A stretch of 64,000 nucleotides of DNA, from the NCBI GenBank assembly GCA_047617305.1, contig JBLGCL010000001.1, positions 5,936-69,935 of the forward strand, given 5' to 3'. The position numbers and the translations under genes were made by a program. Numbering within the stretch: the first letter of the stretch is position 1; each line of letters begins with the position of its first letter. The stretch is from Natronomonas sp. (GTDB taxonomy: Archaea; Halobacteriota; Halobacteria; Halobacteriales; Natrialbaceae). Shown one piece after another: positions 25,273-33,348 of the stretch. The notes below the pieces were generated by a model. It made no database searches. It saw only the letters and a list, made by a program, of their open reading frames with translations, and was not told the origin of the DNA.

Positions 25273-26199
25273 TCAGTCGGACGCCGGGTCAGACGTGACG
25301 TCATCGACGTCGTACGCTTCCCGCTCGGGGGTCGGCAGCGAGTCCCGGAAGCGTTCCACGACCCGCTTTGCCTCCTCGAGTTCGACGCCGCCCAGCTCCC
25401 TGAGGAGGGCCAGCCCGCGCCGGGCCCGGGTGCGTCGCCACGACTCCTCGCGGTGTTCGAAGGTGCGGATGCCCCGGAGGAAGTCGATCTTGTCGAACTC
25501 GGGCCAGTAGGGCGCACAGAAGTAGACGGCGGCCTCGTTGCCGTTGGCGTGCCAGGGGAGGAAGTTGGAGGTCCGCTCGTCCCCGCCGGTCCGGATGATG
25601 AGGTCCACGTCCCGGACGGGTCGGTCGTACAGTCGATCCTCGATCAACGCGGCGTCGACGGTCCCGGGGTCGATCTCCCCGTCGGCGGCTTCCTCGACGA
25701 CGGTGCGCGTCGCCTTGAGGAGTTCGGCGCGACCGCCGTAGGCGACCGCGACGTTGAGGACGAACCGGTCGTACTCCCCGGTCCGATCCTCGGCGTACCG
25801 GATGGCGTCCCTGACGCGCTCGGGAAGGCGTTCGGTCCGGCCGATCGCGCGGATCGAAACCTCCTCCTCGTGGATCCGGTCGGCGTCGGCGAACGAGCGG
25901 AGCTTCTCGGCCAGCAGGTCGAACAGGTGTTCGCGCTCCTCCGCGGGGCGTTCGAAGTTCTCCGTCGAGAACGCGTAGAGGGTCAACTCCTCGATGCCGT
26001 AGTCCTGACACCACTGGAGCACCTGCTCGGTGGTCTCGGCGCCGGCCTCGTGCCCCTCGTTGGCGTCGCCCCCGTGCTCGCGGGCGTACCGCCGGTTGCC
26101 GTCCTGGATGATCGCGACGTGGGTCGGCCCGCCGTCGATCTCGCGTTCGAGCAGTCGCTCGTACGCGGCCAGTCCCGCGTCGCGGAGCCACGAGTGCAT
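25273..26199 (-). CDS. uppS: cis-prenyltransferase (tritrans,polycis-undecaprenyl/polyprenyl diphosphate synthase)
   Basis: Lies within ORF 25273..26385. The internal ATG (cat at 26197-26199) gives MHSWLRD... Catalytic motif HVAIIQDGNRRYA, then LTLYAFSTENF, VDLIIRTGGDERTSNFLPW and YFCAPYWPEF. Confidence 0.9.
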   Translation of the reverse strand: MHSWLRDAGLAAYERLLEREIDGGPTHVAIIQDGNRRYAREHGGDANEGHEAGAETTEQVLQWCQDYGIEELTLYAFSTENFERPAEEREHLFDLLAEKLRSFADADRIHEEEVSIRAIGRTERLPERVRDAIRYAEDRTGEYDRFVLNVAVAYGGRAELLKATRTVVEEAADGEIDPGTVDAALIEDRLYDRPVRDVDLIIRTGGDERTSNFLPWHANGNEAAVYFCAPYWPEFDKIDFLRGIRTFEHREESWRRTRARRGLALLRELGGVELEEAKRVVERFRDSLPTPEREAYDVDDVTSDPASD

Positions 26200-26356
26200 C
26201 AGTGAGGAGTCACTCAATGACGGGGCATGTGTCTTGTGTCTCGTGTCTCGCGAGCGGAACGGCTCCGGCGACCGGCCCATCGCCGGCGCTGCTGGCGGCC
26301 AGTTCGGGCTGCAACCCACACCCTTTTTGTACGTGGACAACCTCCGACCGGATGCA

Positions 26357-26551
26357 ATGGCGAAAGGTACGGTCGATTTCTTCAACGACTCCGGCGGTTA
26401 CGGCTTCATCGAAACCGAAGACGCAGACGAGGATGTCTTCTTCCACATGGAAGACATCGGCGGCCCCGACCTCGAGGAGGGGCAGGAGGTAGAGTTCGAC
26501 ATCGTGGAAGCCGAGAAGGGCCCGCGCGCAGAGAACCTCAAGCGCCTGTGA
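26357..26551 (+). CDS. csp: cold-shock protein (CspA family)
   Basis: This is the 3' part of ORF 26030..26551. The ATG at 26357 gives MAKGTVDFFNDSGGYGFIETEDADEDVFFHMEDI..., which includes the RNP1 and RNP2 motifs. Confidence 0.92.
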   Translation: MAKGTVDFFNDSGGYGFIETEDADEDVFFHMEDIGGPDLEEGQEVEFDIVEAEKGPRAENLKRL

Positions 26552-26627
26552 GCCCGGCTGCGGCACTGTGCCGGGCGCCGCGGCCCCTCGCCGCCGGCGA
26601 CCCGTGAAGCGCGTTTTCGTATTTTTC
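26552..26627 (+). terminator. hairpin GCCCGGC-N11-GCCGGGC followed by oligo-T tracts (TTTT, TTTTT) downstream of csp
   Basis: A 7-bp perfect stem (26552-26558 pairing with 26570-26576) starts 1 nt after the csp stop. T-runs lie at 26614-26617 and 26623-26627. Archaeal termination uses oligo-T. Confidence 0.4.
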
Positions 26628-26729
26628 ACCCGCCAGTGACTACGCCGTCGTCTCGCGACCGTCTCGCCGCCGACGCGACGCCCATCCGGAACCGTGAGGG
26701 GTTTCACACCGCGTCCCGAGGTTCGTCCC

Positions 26730-27137
26730 ATGACCGACGTCATCGACGAGGACCTGTATCGGCGGACGAAACGGCTGCTCGAACCCGGCGAGATCGATCT
26801 CAACGGGATCGTCGTCCACACCGACCTCGGCCTCCAGGAGGACGTTCGGATGACGGGCGTGACCGTAGAAATCGGCAACGTGATCGCCGAGCACGCGGGC
26901 TACGACCCGGACGACGTCTACGTCTACTCCGGCAACGACGACCCCGAGTTCGCCTCGAACCAGCACCAGGGCCTGACCGTCGCGGAGGACGAGTTCGTCT
27001 GGGAGTGCCAGCAACTCCTCCGGGAGAACCGCTTCGCCCTGGTGTTCTACTACGAGGCCTCGGCGGATCAGGAAGGGATCGTCGAGGCGATCGAGGAGAA
27101 CCTGGGCTACGACGTGACGGGCGTCGAGGGAACGTAA
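26730..27137 (+). CDS. conserved-looking haloarchaeal hypothetical protein (135 aa)
   Basis: Lies within ORF 26694..27137. The ATG at 26730 gives MTDVIDEDLYRRTKRLLEPGEIDLNGIVVHTDLGLQEDVRMTGVTVEIGNVIAEHAGYDPDDVYVY... It is acidic with clean codon bias. Confidence 0.68.
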   Translation: MTDVIDEDLYRRTKRLLEPGEIDLNGIVVHTDLGLQEDVRMTGVTVEIGNVIAEHAGYDPDDVYVYSGNDDPEFASNQHQGLTVAEDEFVWECQQLLRENRFALVFYYEASADQEGIVEAIEENLGYDVTGVEGT

Positions 27138-27301
27138 CTCGGCGATGACAGGCGACCGACGTGCGTTCCTCGCGTCCGTACCCCACGGGAGAACATGTTC
27201 GGGGGAAGGTTTCGGTGGTTTGAACACCTTTACGGTTACCGAGCGAGTAGCTACGCCGAGAATCCCCCGACGGCAGCATTCCCCCACCGGTGATACGTGA
27301 T

Positions 27302-28615
27302 ATGGCGTTCCGTTCAGGCGTGATTTCGGGCGTGGCAGTCTCCCACGAGACCGCGACGGTCGAGGCGATCGCGGCGATTAGCGAGGACTCGCAGGCGACC
27401 GCCGTCACGGGACTGCTCGCCGACGAGTCCGTCGAGGAGGCGTTCGTCCTCCAGACGTGCAATCGCGCAGAGGCCTACGTCGTCACCGACGACCAGGCGA
27501 CCGGCCTGGCGGCCCTCGAGACCTACGCGGCCGACGCACCCGAAGCGGCGGTCCGAACGATGGACCACGACGAGAGCGTCCGCCACCTGCTCAGGGTGGC
27601 GAGCGGCCTCGAGTCCCTCGTCCTCGGCGAGGACCAGATCCTCGGCCAGGTCCGGACCGCCTACGAGGAGGCCAGGGGCGCGGGCGGCATCGGCCCGATG
27701 CTCGAGGAGACCGTCACCAAGGCCATCCACGTCGGCGAGCGCGTCCGCAACGAGACCGGGATCAACGAGGGCATCGTCTCGCTTGGCAGCGCCGCCGTGC
27801 AGGTGGCGAGCGAGGACCGGGCCCTCTCGGACGCGACCGCGCTCGTGATCGGCGCCGGCGAGATGGGGACGATCGCCGCGCGGGCGTTCGGTGAGGCCGG
27901 CGTCGAGCGCGTCATCGTTGCCAACCGGACGATCCCCCACGCCGAACACCTCGCCGACGAGGTGGCCGTCCCGGCGACGGCGGTCGGCCTCGACGACGTC
28001 GACTCGGCACTCCGCGAGGCCACTGTCGTGGTGACCGCCACCGACAGCGACGACCCCATCCTGGACGCCGGCGTTTTCGACGGTGCCGGCGCCACGACCG
28101 TGATCGACATCGGTCAGCCACGCGACGTGGATCCGTCGGCGGCCGACCGCGAGAGCGTCTCCCTGCACGATCTGGACGACCTCGAGTCGATCACCGAGCG
28201 AACCCGGGAGCGTCGGCGCGACGCCGTCGCCGCCGTCGAGGCCATCGTCGACGCCGAAGAGGCTCACCTCCGGGAGCGATTCAAGCGCAAGCGCGCCGAC
28301 CAGGCCATCGCGACCATGTACGAGAGCGCCGACCGGATCAAGGCCCGAGAACTGGAGACGGCGCTCTCGAAACTCGAGGACCGCGGCGACCTGACCGACA
28401 AGCAGCGCGAGGCCGTCGAGTCGCTCGCGGACGCGGTCGTCGGGCAGTTGCTCGCCGCGCCGACCAAGGCCCTCCGGGACGCCGCCGCCGAGGACGACTG
28501 GGCGACGATCAACGCCGCCCTCCAGCTGTTCGATCCCGACTTCGGCGGCGAGCGGCTCGCGTCGGACTCGGACTCGTCCGACCCCGAGGTACCGGCCGAG
28601 TTCCGCGAGAACTGA
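27302..28615 (+). CDS. hemA: glutamyl-tRNA reductase
   Basis: Lies within ORF 27290..28615, starting at the ATG at 27302. Active-site LQTCNRAEAYVV, then LESLVLGEDQILGQV, the NADPH loop VIGAGEMG, and a C-terminal dimerisation helix. Confidence 0.92.
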   Translation: MAFRSGVISGVAVSHETATVEAIAAISEDSQATAVTGLLADESVEEAFVLQTCNRAEAYVVTDDQATGLAALETYAADAPEAAVRTMDHDESVRHLLRVASGLESLVLGEDQILGQVRTAYEEARGAGGIGPMLEETVTKAIHVGERVRNETGINEGIVSLGSAAVQVASEDRALSDATALVIGAGEMGTIAARAFGEAGVERVIVANRTIPHAEHLADEVAVPATAVGLDDVDSALREATVVVTATDSDDPILDAGVFDGAGATTVIDIGQPRDVDPSAADRESVSLHDLDDLESITERTRERRRDAVAAVEAIVDAEEAHLRERFKRKRADQAIATMYESADRIKARELETALSKLEDRGDLTDKQREAVESLADAVVGQLLAAPTKALRDAAAEDDWATINAALQLFDPDFGGERLASDSDSSDPEVPAEFREN

Positions 28616-28918
28616 TCAGGCCTCGTCCGACCCGTTTTCGCCGACGACGATCGACTCCCGCAGCCACTCGTAGTGGTCGAGCAGCGCCGCCTCGCCGGCA
28701 TCGGTCAGCGCGTAGCGATCGTGCAACCCGTCGGTCCGCGTCGTGACGTACCCGGCCGTTTCGAGTTCGTCGAGGGCGCCGTGGACCGTCCGGGGGTCGA
28801 GCCGGTCGTCGTAGCGTTCCTCGAGCGCCGTCTTGATCTCCTGGCCGGTCGGGCCGTCCAGCGCGTAAATGACGACACACAGGTCCCGTCGGATCCCGCT
28901 CTGGAGCCAACGGCTCAT
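28616..28918 (-). CDS. PadR-family winged-helix transcriptional regulator
   Basis: This is the C-terminal part of ORF 28616..30040. ATG (cat at 28916-28918) gives MSRWLQSGIRRDLCVVIYALDGPTGQEIKTALEERYDDRLDPRTVHGALDELETAGYVTTRTDGLHDRYALTDAGE. Confidence 0.84.
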   Translation of the reverse strand: MSRWLQSGIRRDLCVVIYALDGPTGQEIKTALEERYDDRLDPRTVHGALDELETAGYVTTRTDGLHDRYALTDAGEAALLDHYEWLRESIVVGENGSDEA

Positions 28919-29141
28919 GCGTGTAGGATAGTGCGGAGCGGCAAAAGGCCGTTCGGATGGCCGAGGGTCTGTGGGGTTTCCCGTGAAAAGGGATCCGGAG
29001 CGCCTGAACCGTTCCAACGGCCGGGACAGTATTGCGATAATTGGTATCCCGATTCTCTCACATCGGTATCGAAGTGGACACCATGGCCCCGAAACACGCC
29101 GGCGATATACCGGAAGGGCGCCGTATATAGATCCTGGGCGG

Positions 29142-30044
29142 TTACCACTCCCGCAGGTACCGGACGACGGCGTCGCAGGTCGCGTCGCTCGGCACCCAGG
29201 TGTGGTGCCAGGTCGTCTCGAGGTCCGAATGTGCGTCGTACTGCGAGAAGCGGTCGTGGTTGTAACAGCCGGTCCCGTGCCAGGTCGTTTCCACGCCGCC
29301 GGACGCGCCAGCGTAACTGGTCGCCAGCGGCGTGACGAAGACCCGATCGGGCGTCCCGCCGACGACCGCGCCGAGGTCGTGTTCGCACGGGCTCCCGTTG
29401 GCCGCCCGGGCGTCCTGGCTCCTGACGAGGGTGTGGAGGACCTCGTGGATCGCCATGTTGCGCGAGACGGTGCGGTCGTCCCAGAACTCCGTCGCGCCGA
29501 CGTTGGCGAGGGCCTGGGCCCCGAGGCGGCCGCCACCACGGACGTGGGTGTTCGCGATGCCGTAGCCCAGGTCGGGGTCGAACGGGGCGTCGGCGAGGAA
29601 GAGGTGCGACACCGGCCCTTCGGGGGTGTCCGTCCCGTCCAGCCAGTCCCGAAACGAGCGGTAGAGCCGTGTTTCGGTGTCGAAATCGAGCGGGTCGCGG
29701 GGGACGACCGGTCCACGTTCCAGCCGAACGTCGACGCGACGGTCGAGGCGCTCGCGGGCGACCGCGTGGAGCCACTCGAGCGATCGCCGGAGGTGTCGCT
29801 GGACGTCCCGGGCCGTGCCGGCCCACCCCAGGCGCTGGTCGGGGTAGACGCGAACCCGGAGTTCGATCGCGGACGCCCCGCCGACCCGGCCGAGTTCGCG
29901 GAGGGCGCGGGCCGGAAGGCCGCCCGCCGTCGCCGCGAGGAGCGTCCGTCTGGTGAACGACGGGAACTCTCCGGACACGCGCGAGCCTTGGCCGGCGCGT
30001 CGAATGAGGCTGTCGGCTGTTCCCGATCGGGCAGCCACAATCAT
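29142..30044 (-). CDS. Tat-signal hypothetical protein with an HExxH motif (putative secreted zinc metallopeptidase-like protein)
   Basis: ORF 29142..30044 (300 aa). FTRRTLLAATAGG is twin-arginine-like. MAIHEVLHTLV contains HExxH. Several Cys, His and Trp residues occur in the C-terminal part. I recognise no family. Confidence 0.62.
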   Translation of the reverse strand: MIVAARSGTADSLIRRAGQGSRVSGEFPSFTRRTLLAATAGGLPARALRELGRVGGASAIELRVRVYPDQRLGWAGTARDVQRHLRRSLEWLHAVARERLDRRVDVRLERGPVVPRDPLDFDTETRLYRSFRDWLDGTDTPEGPVSHLFLADAPFDPDLGYGIANTHVRGGGRLGAQALANVGATEFWDDRTVSRNMAIHEVLHTLVRSQDARAANGSPCEHDLGAVVGGTPDRVFVTPLATSYAGASGGVETTWHGTGCYNHDRFSQYDAHSDLETTWHHTWVPSDATCDAVVRYLREW

Positions 30045-30074
30045 TTATTTCGCGCCGGGGTGATAGGGGAGAGT

Positions 30075-30356
30075 ATGACGGACCTGCTTTCCGACGCTGA
30101 CATCGAGTCGGGGCTCCCCGACGGGTGGACCCACGAGGACGACGAGATCGTCCGCGTGTTCGAGTTCGACGACTACCTCCGCGGGGTGAACTTCGCCCAG
30201 CTCGTCGGCGAGATCGCGGAGGCACAGGCCCACCACCCGACGATGGAGATCCGCTACGAGGAACTCGAGATTCGGCTGTCCACACACGAGGCGGGTGGGG
30301 TGACCGAGAAGGACCTCGAGATGGCGCAGTTGATCGAGTCGGAACGGGCCGACTGA
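30075..30356 (+). CDS. 4a-hydroxytetrahydrobiopterin dehydratase (pterin-4a-carbinolamine dehydratase, COG2154)
   Basis: This is the 3' part of ORF 28971..30356. The ATG at 30075 gives MTDLLSDADIESGLPDGWTHEDDEIVRVFEFDDYLRGVNFAQLVGEIAEAQAHHPTMEIRYEELEIRLSTHEAGGVTEKD, with the typical HHP core. Confidence 0.88.
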   Translation: MTDLLSDADIESGLPDGWTHEDDEIVRVFEFDDYLRGVNFAQLVGEIAEAQAHHPTMEIRYEELEIRLSTHEAGGVTEKDLEMAQLIESERAD

Positions 30357-30358
30357 CC

Positions 30359-30733
30359 GTGGACGCCCGCTACGCGTTCCGGGTTCGGGTCCGGTTCGAT
30401 CCCCGACCCGGCGTCTCGGTCGAGCCCGCGACCGTCGACCTCCGGTTCTATCGCCGGGCAGCCGAACCGGGCGAGGAGGGCTGGCTGTTCTTCCGGGACA
30501 ACCTGTGGCGGGGCGAGGTGGCCGACGAGGAACACTTCCGCGATCTGGTCGCCGACGCGCTCGGCGTCGAGGTCGATTCCGTCTCGTTCGCCGCCCTCGA
30601 AACCGATCCCGAGTACCTCGACGCGCTGAAGGCGGCAATCGGGGCGGACCTCGAACCGTTCAGGGCCGACTCGGTCGACGAGGTCCTCACGAAGTACCTC
30701 GGGAGTTCGATCGAGGTCCGCGATTCGCTGTAG
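30359..30733 (+). CDS. halophile-specific hypothetical protein with an LWRGE motif (resembles what I recall as the 'LWR-salt' family)
   Basis: Lies within ORF 30125..30733. The GTG at 30359, 2 nt after the previous stop, gives VDARYAFRVRVRFDP...GWLFFRDNLWRGEVADEEHFRDLV... The family name is from memory only. Confidence 0.6.
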   Translation: MDARYAFRVRVRFDPRPGVSVEPATVDLRFYRRAAEPGEEGWLFFRDNLWRGEVADEEHFRDLVADALGVEVDSVSFAALETDPEYLDALKAAIGADLEPFRADSVDEVLTKYLGSSIEVRDSL

Positions 30734-30801
30734 GGCGGGTGCGAACCGGCCACACGGAGCCGGAAAGCACTTATTATCGACTCACCTACTCCCCGTTCCC
30801 G

Positions 30802-31434
30802 ATGGTCGCCGACGAGTACGACTTCTGGCTGCTGGACCTGGACGGCACGCTGGTCGACGTCGAGGAGGACTACGTCCACGCGGTGTTCGACGAGGTCGGC
30901 GACCGCCTCGGTCGGGAGTTCACCGACCGGGAGGCCGAGATGCTCTGGTACGGGCTGAACGGCTCCCGGAACGCCTGGCTCGAGGACCGCGGCATCGACC
31001 CGGAGACGTTCTGGCCGGTCTTCCACGACGTGGAGGACGGCGACCGCCGGGCCGCCCACTCGTACGTTCACGAGGACGCCCGGTTCGTCGCCGACCTCGA
31101 CGTTCCGACCGGGATCGTCACGCACTCGCGCCCGTTCCTCGCGAACCCGGTGCTGGACGAACTCGACGTCCGCGACTGGTTCGACACCGTCGTCTTCTGT
31201 AGCAACGACCTCGGTTGGAAGCCGGATCCCCGCCCCGTCCGTCGGGCGATGAAGGACCTCGGGGTGGCGCACAACGGCCACGTCGGGGTCCTCGCGGGCG
31301 ACAGCAGCAGCGACGTCGGCGCTGCCTGGAACGCCGGGCTCGACGCGGTTCACGTCGAGCGTCATTCCCCGGAAGCCAGAGGGCATTGCGTCCGGGCCGA
31401 TTACCGGGTATCCGCGCTGGACGAACTGTTGTAG
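30802..31434 (+). CDS. HAD-superfamily hydrolase
   Basis: Lies within ORF 30505..31434. The ATG at 30802 gives MVADEYDFWLLDLDGTLVD (motif I, DxDGT), then IVTHS (motif II) and GDSSSDVGAAWNAG (motif III/IV). Confidence 0.85.
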   Translation: MVADEYDFWLLDLDGTLVDVEEDYVHAVFDEVGDRLGREFTDREAEMLWYGLNGSRNAWLEDRGIDPETFWPVFHDVEDGDRRAAHSYVHEDARFVADLDVPTGIVTHSRPFLANPVLDELDVRDWFDTVVFCSNDLGWKPDPRPVRRAMKDLGVAHNGHVGVLAGDSSSDVGAAWNAGLDAVHVERHSPEARGHCVRADYRVSALDELL

Positions 31435-31455
31435 ATCGTCAGTTGCCGGTAGTCC

Positions 31456-33348
31456 TCAGTGGTCCAGGGTTTCGTACCCCGGCAGATCCTCGATAATCGA
31501 ATCGACGTCGTGGATCGCTTCTTCGAGCGCCTGAACACCCGCCTTCCCCGTCCGGTCCGGGTTGGCGTGCACGCGGACGACTTGTTCGCCGAGCGGGACG
31601 AACCCCAGGCCGAGCGCTTCCGCGGTCGCCCGGAGACCGACGCCCGCGTCGGCGTCCCCGGCTGCCACCTTCCGGGGCGGGCTCTCGTGAGCGCGTGCCG
31701 ATAGGTCCCAGCCGTCGATGGCGGCCTCGAGGTCCCGCCGGTCCGCGCCGCGCTCGTCGGCGAGGCCGGCGACGGCGTTCGCGAGGGTCGTCCGGAGCCC
31801 CGAGTCCGTCGTTCGGTTGATCAGGCGCAGATCCCGATCGACGAGGTCGTCCAGGCCCTCGATCTCCTCGGGATTACCCGCTGGGACGACCAGCCCCCAG
31901 TTCCGGGTCCACAACCCAAGCGTCTCGGCGTCCACCTCGCGATCGACGGGGCCCGCAGTCACGGCCACGTCCGGAACCCCGTTTCGAAGGCGACGGAGCC
32001 CCTCGCGGCTGCCGACAGCGAGGTATCGAGGCCGGTCGAGGCGGTCGAGCAGGCGCGAGAGGACGGGGTCGTCCTCGCCGACGCCGAACAGCGTGGGCGG
32101 GCGCACGTCCGGCGAGAACAGCTGGACGGTCACGGTCTCGCTCTCGCCGAGGTACTCGGTGTCGGGGTCCACGTCGACGACGCCGTCGGCCTCGACGAGG
32201 CTGGTGGTGGCGCCGCTGCCCTTGTCGACCGGGTAGACTCGGAGGTTCCCCCACCCGTCCTCGACGAGACCGACGGGGAGGAAGCGCCGCCGCCCCTCGC
32301 TGTAGCGGACCCGGGAAAGCATCGATCCTTCGACGGTCGCGGTCTGTGGTTCGGGCAAGCCCGCGGCCCGGCGGATCGCCGGGGCGACGAAGGTCCGGAA
32401 GATCGTGAGTGCGGACACCGGGTAGCCCGGCAATCCGACGTAGGCGCCGCCCTCGAGGCGCCCGACGAGCATGGGCTTGCCCGGCTTGACGGCCACGCCG
32501 TGGAGGAGCAACTCGCCGCTGTCCTCGATGACCCGGTAGATCACGTCGACGGCGCTCGCGCTGGTGGACCCCGACGAGAGGACGAGGTCGCACTCCGCGG
32601 CGGCCTCCCGGAGGATCCGCTCGAGTTCCTCGACGTCGTCGCCGGCGTGCGGGTACAACCGGGGTTCGCCGCCGACCTCCTCGACGGCGCTGGCGATCGC
32701 GTAGCTGTTGACGTCGTGTATCTGGCCCCGGTCGTGGTCGAGCGGATCGCCGGGCCTGACGAGTTCGTCGCCGGTCGAGACGACCCCGACCGTCGGTCGT
32801 CCCTTGACGGGGACCTCGTCCACGCCCAGGGCCGAGAGCAGGCCGATCTCGCGGGGCGTGAGCCGGGTGCCGGGCCCGAGCGCGCGTTCGCCGGCGGCCA
32901 CGTCCGCGCCGGCAAGCATCACGTTGTCGCCGGGCGCGACGGACTTCCGGAACAGGATCTCGCCGTCACTGTCGTCCGTTTGCTCGACCGGCACCATCGC
33001 GTCCGCCCCCGGGGGCATGACCGCCCCGGTGGAGATCTCCACGCACTCGCCCTCCCCGACCGTCTCGTCGGGGGCCTCGCCGGCGTGGACCTCGCCGACG
33101 AGTTCGAGCGCGACGGGGTCGACCTCGTCCGCGCCGAAGGTGTCCCGCCCCCGGACGGCGTACCCGTCGAGGGTCGCCCGGTCGAACCCCGGGACGTCGA
33201 TGGCGGCGTCCATTCGCTCGGCGAGGACGCGACCGCGGGCGTCCTCGAGCGGCACCGTCTCGGGGTCCGGTTCGAGGGCGAGGCTCGCGATCGTCTCGTG
33301 GGCTTCCTCCGGCGGGGCGAGGTCCCGGAACTCCTTGCGGTCGGTCAC
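31456..33348 (-). CDS. moeA: molybdopterin molybdenumtransferase MoeA fused to a C-terminal periplasmic-binding-protein-like domain
   Basis: This is the lower part of track ORF 31456..34590. The GTG at 33346-33348 overlaps the upstream TGA (GTGA). MoeA motifs are LDGYAVR, ISTGAVMPPGADAMVPVE and LSSGSTSASAVD. The C-terminal roughly 230 aa (PTLFGVGEDDP...LINRTTDSGLRTTL...GLGFVPL) is PBP-like. Confidence 0.87.
   Translation of the reverse strand: MTDRKEFRDLAPPEEAHETIASLALEPDPETVPLEDARGRVLAERMDAAIDVPGFDRATLDGYAVRGRDTFGADEVDPVALELVGEVHAGEAPDETVGEGECVEISTGAVMPPGADAMVPVEQTDDSDGEILFRKSVAPGDNVMLAGADVAAGERALGPGTRLTPREIGLLSALGVDEVPVKGRPTVGVVSTGDELVRPGDPLDHDRGQIHDVNSYAIASAVEEVGGEPRLYPHAGDDVEELERILREAAAECDLVLSSGSTSASAVDVIYRVIEDSGELLLHGVAVKPGKPMLVGRLEGGAYVGLPGYPVSALTIFRTFVAPAIRRAAGLPEPQTATVEGSMLSRVRYSEGRRRFLPVGLVEDGWGNLRVYPVDKGSGATTSLVEADGVVDVDPDTEYLGESETVTVQLFSPDVRPPTLFGVGEDDPVLSRLLDRLDRPRYLAVGSREGLRRLRNGVPDVAVTAGPVDREVDAETLGLWTRNWGLVVPAGNPEEIEGLDDLVDRDLRLINRTTDSGLRTTLANAVAGLADERGADRRDLEAAIDGWDLSARAHESPPRKVAAGDADAGVGLRATAEALGLGFVPLGEQVVRVHANPDRTGKAGVQALEEAIHDVDSIIEDLPGYETLDH

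Noticed and set aside
25273-26385. N-terminally extended versions of many track ORFs, for example 25273..26385, 4759..5691, 13470..15401, 44857..45987, 48438..49964, 16307..18055, 58435..60045 and 56783..58396.
   Set aside because: The extensions are Arg/Pro/Ser-rich, lack codon bias and overlap neighbouring genes or promoters. Internal ATG or GTG codons give N-termini that match the known starts of the families.
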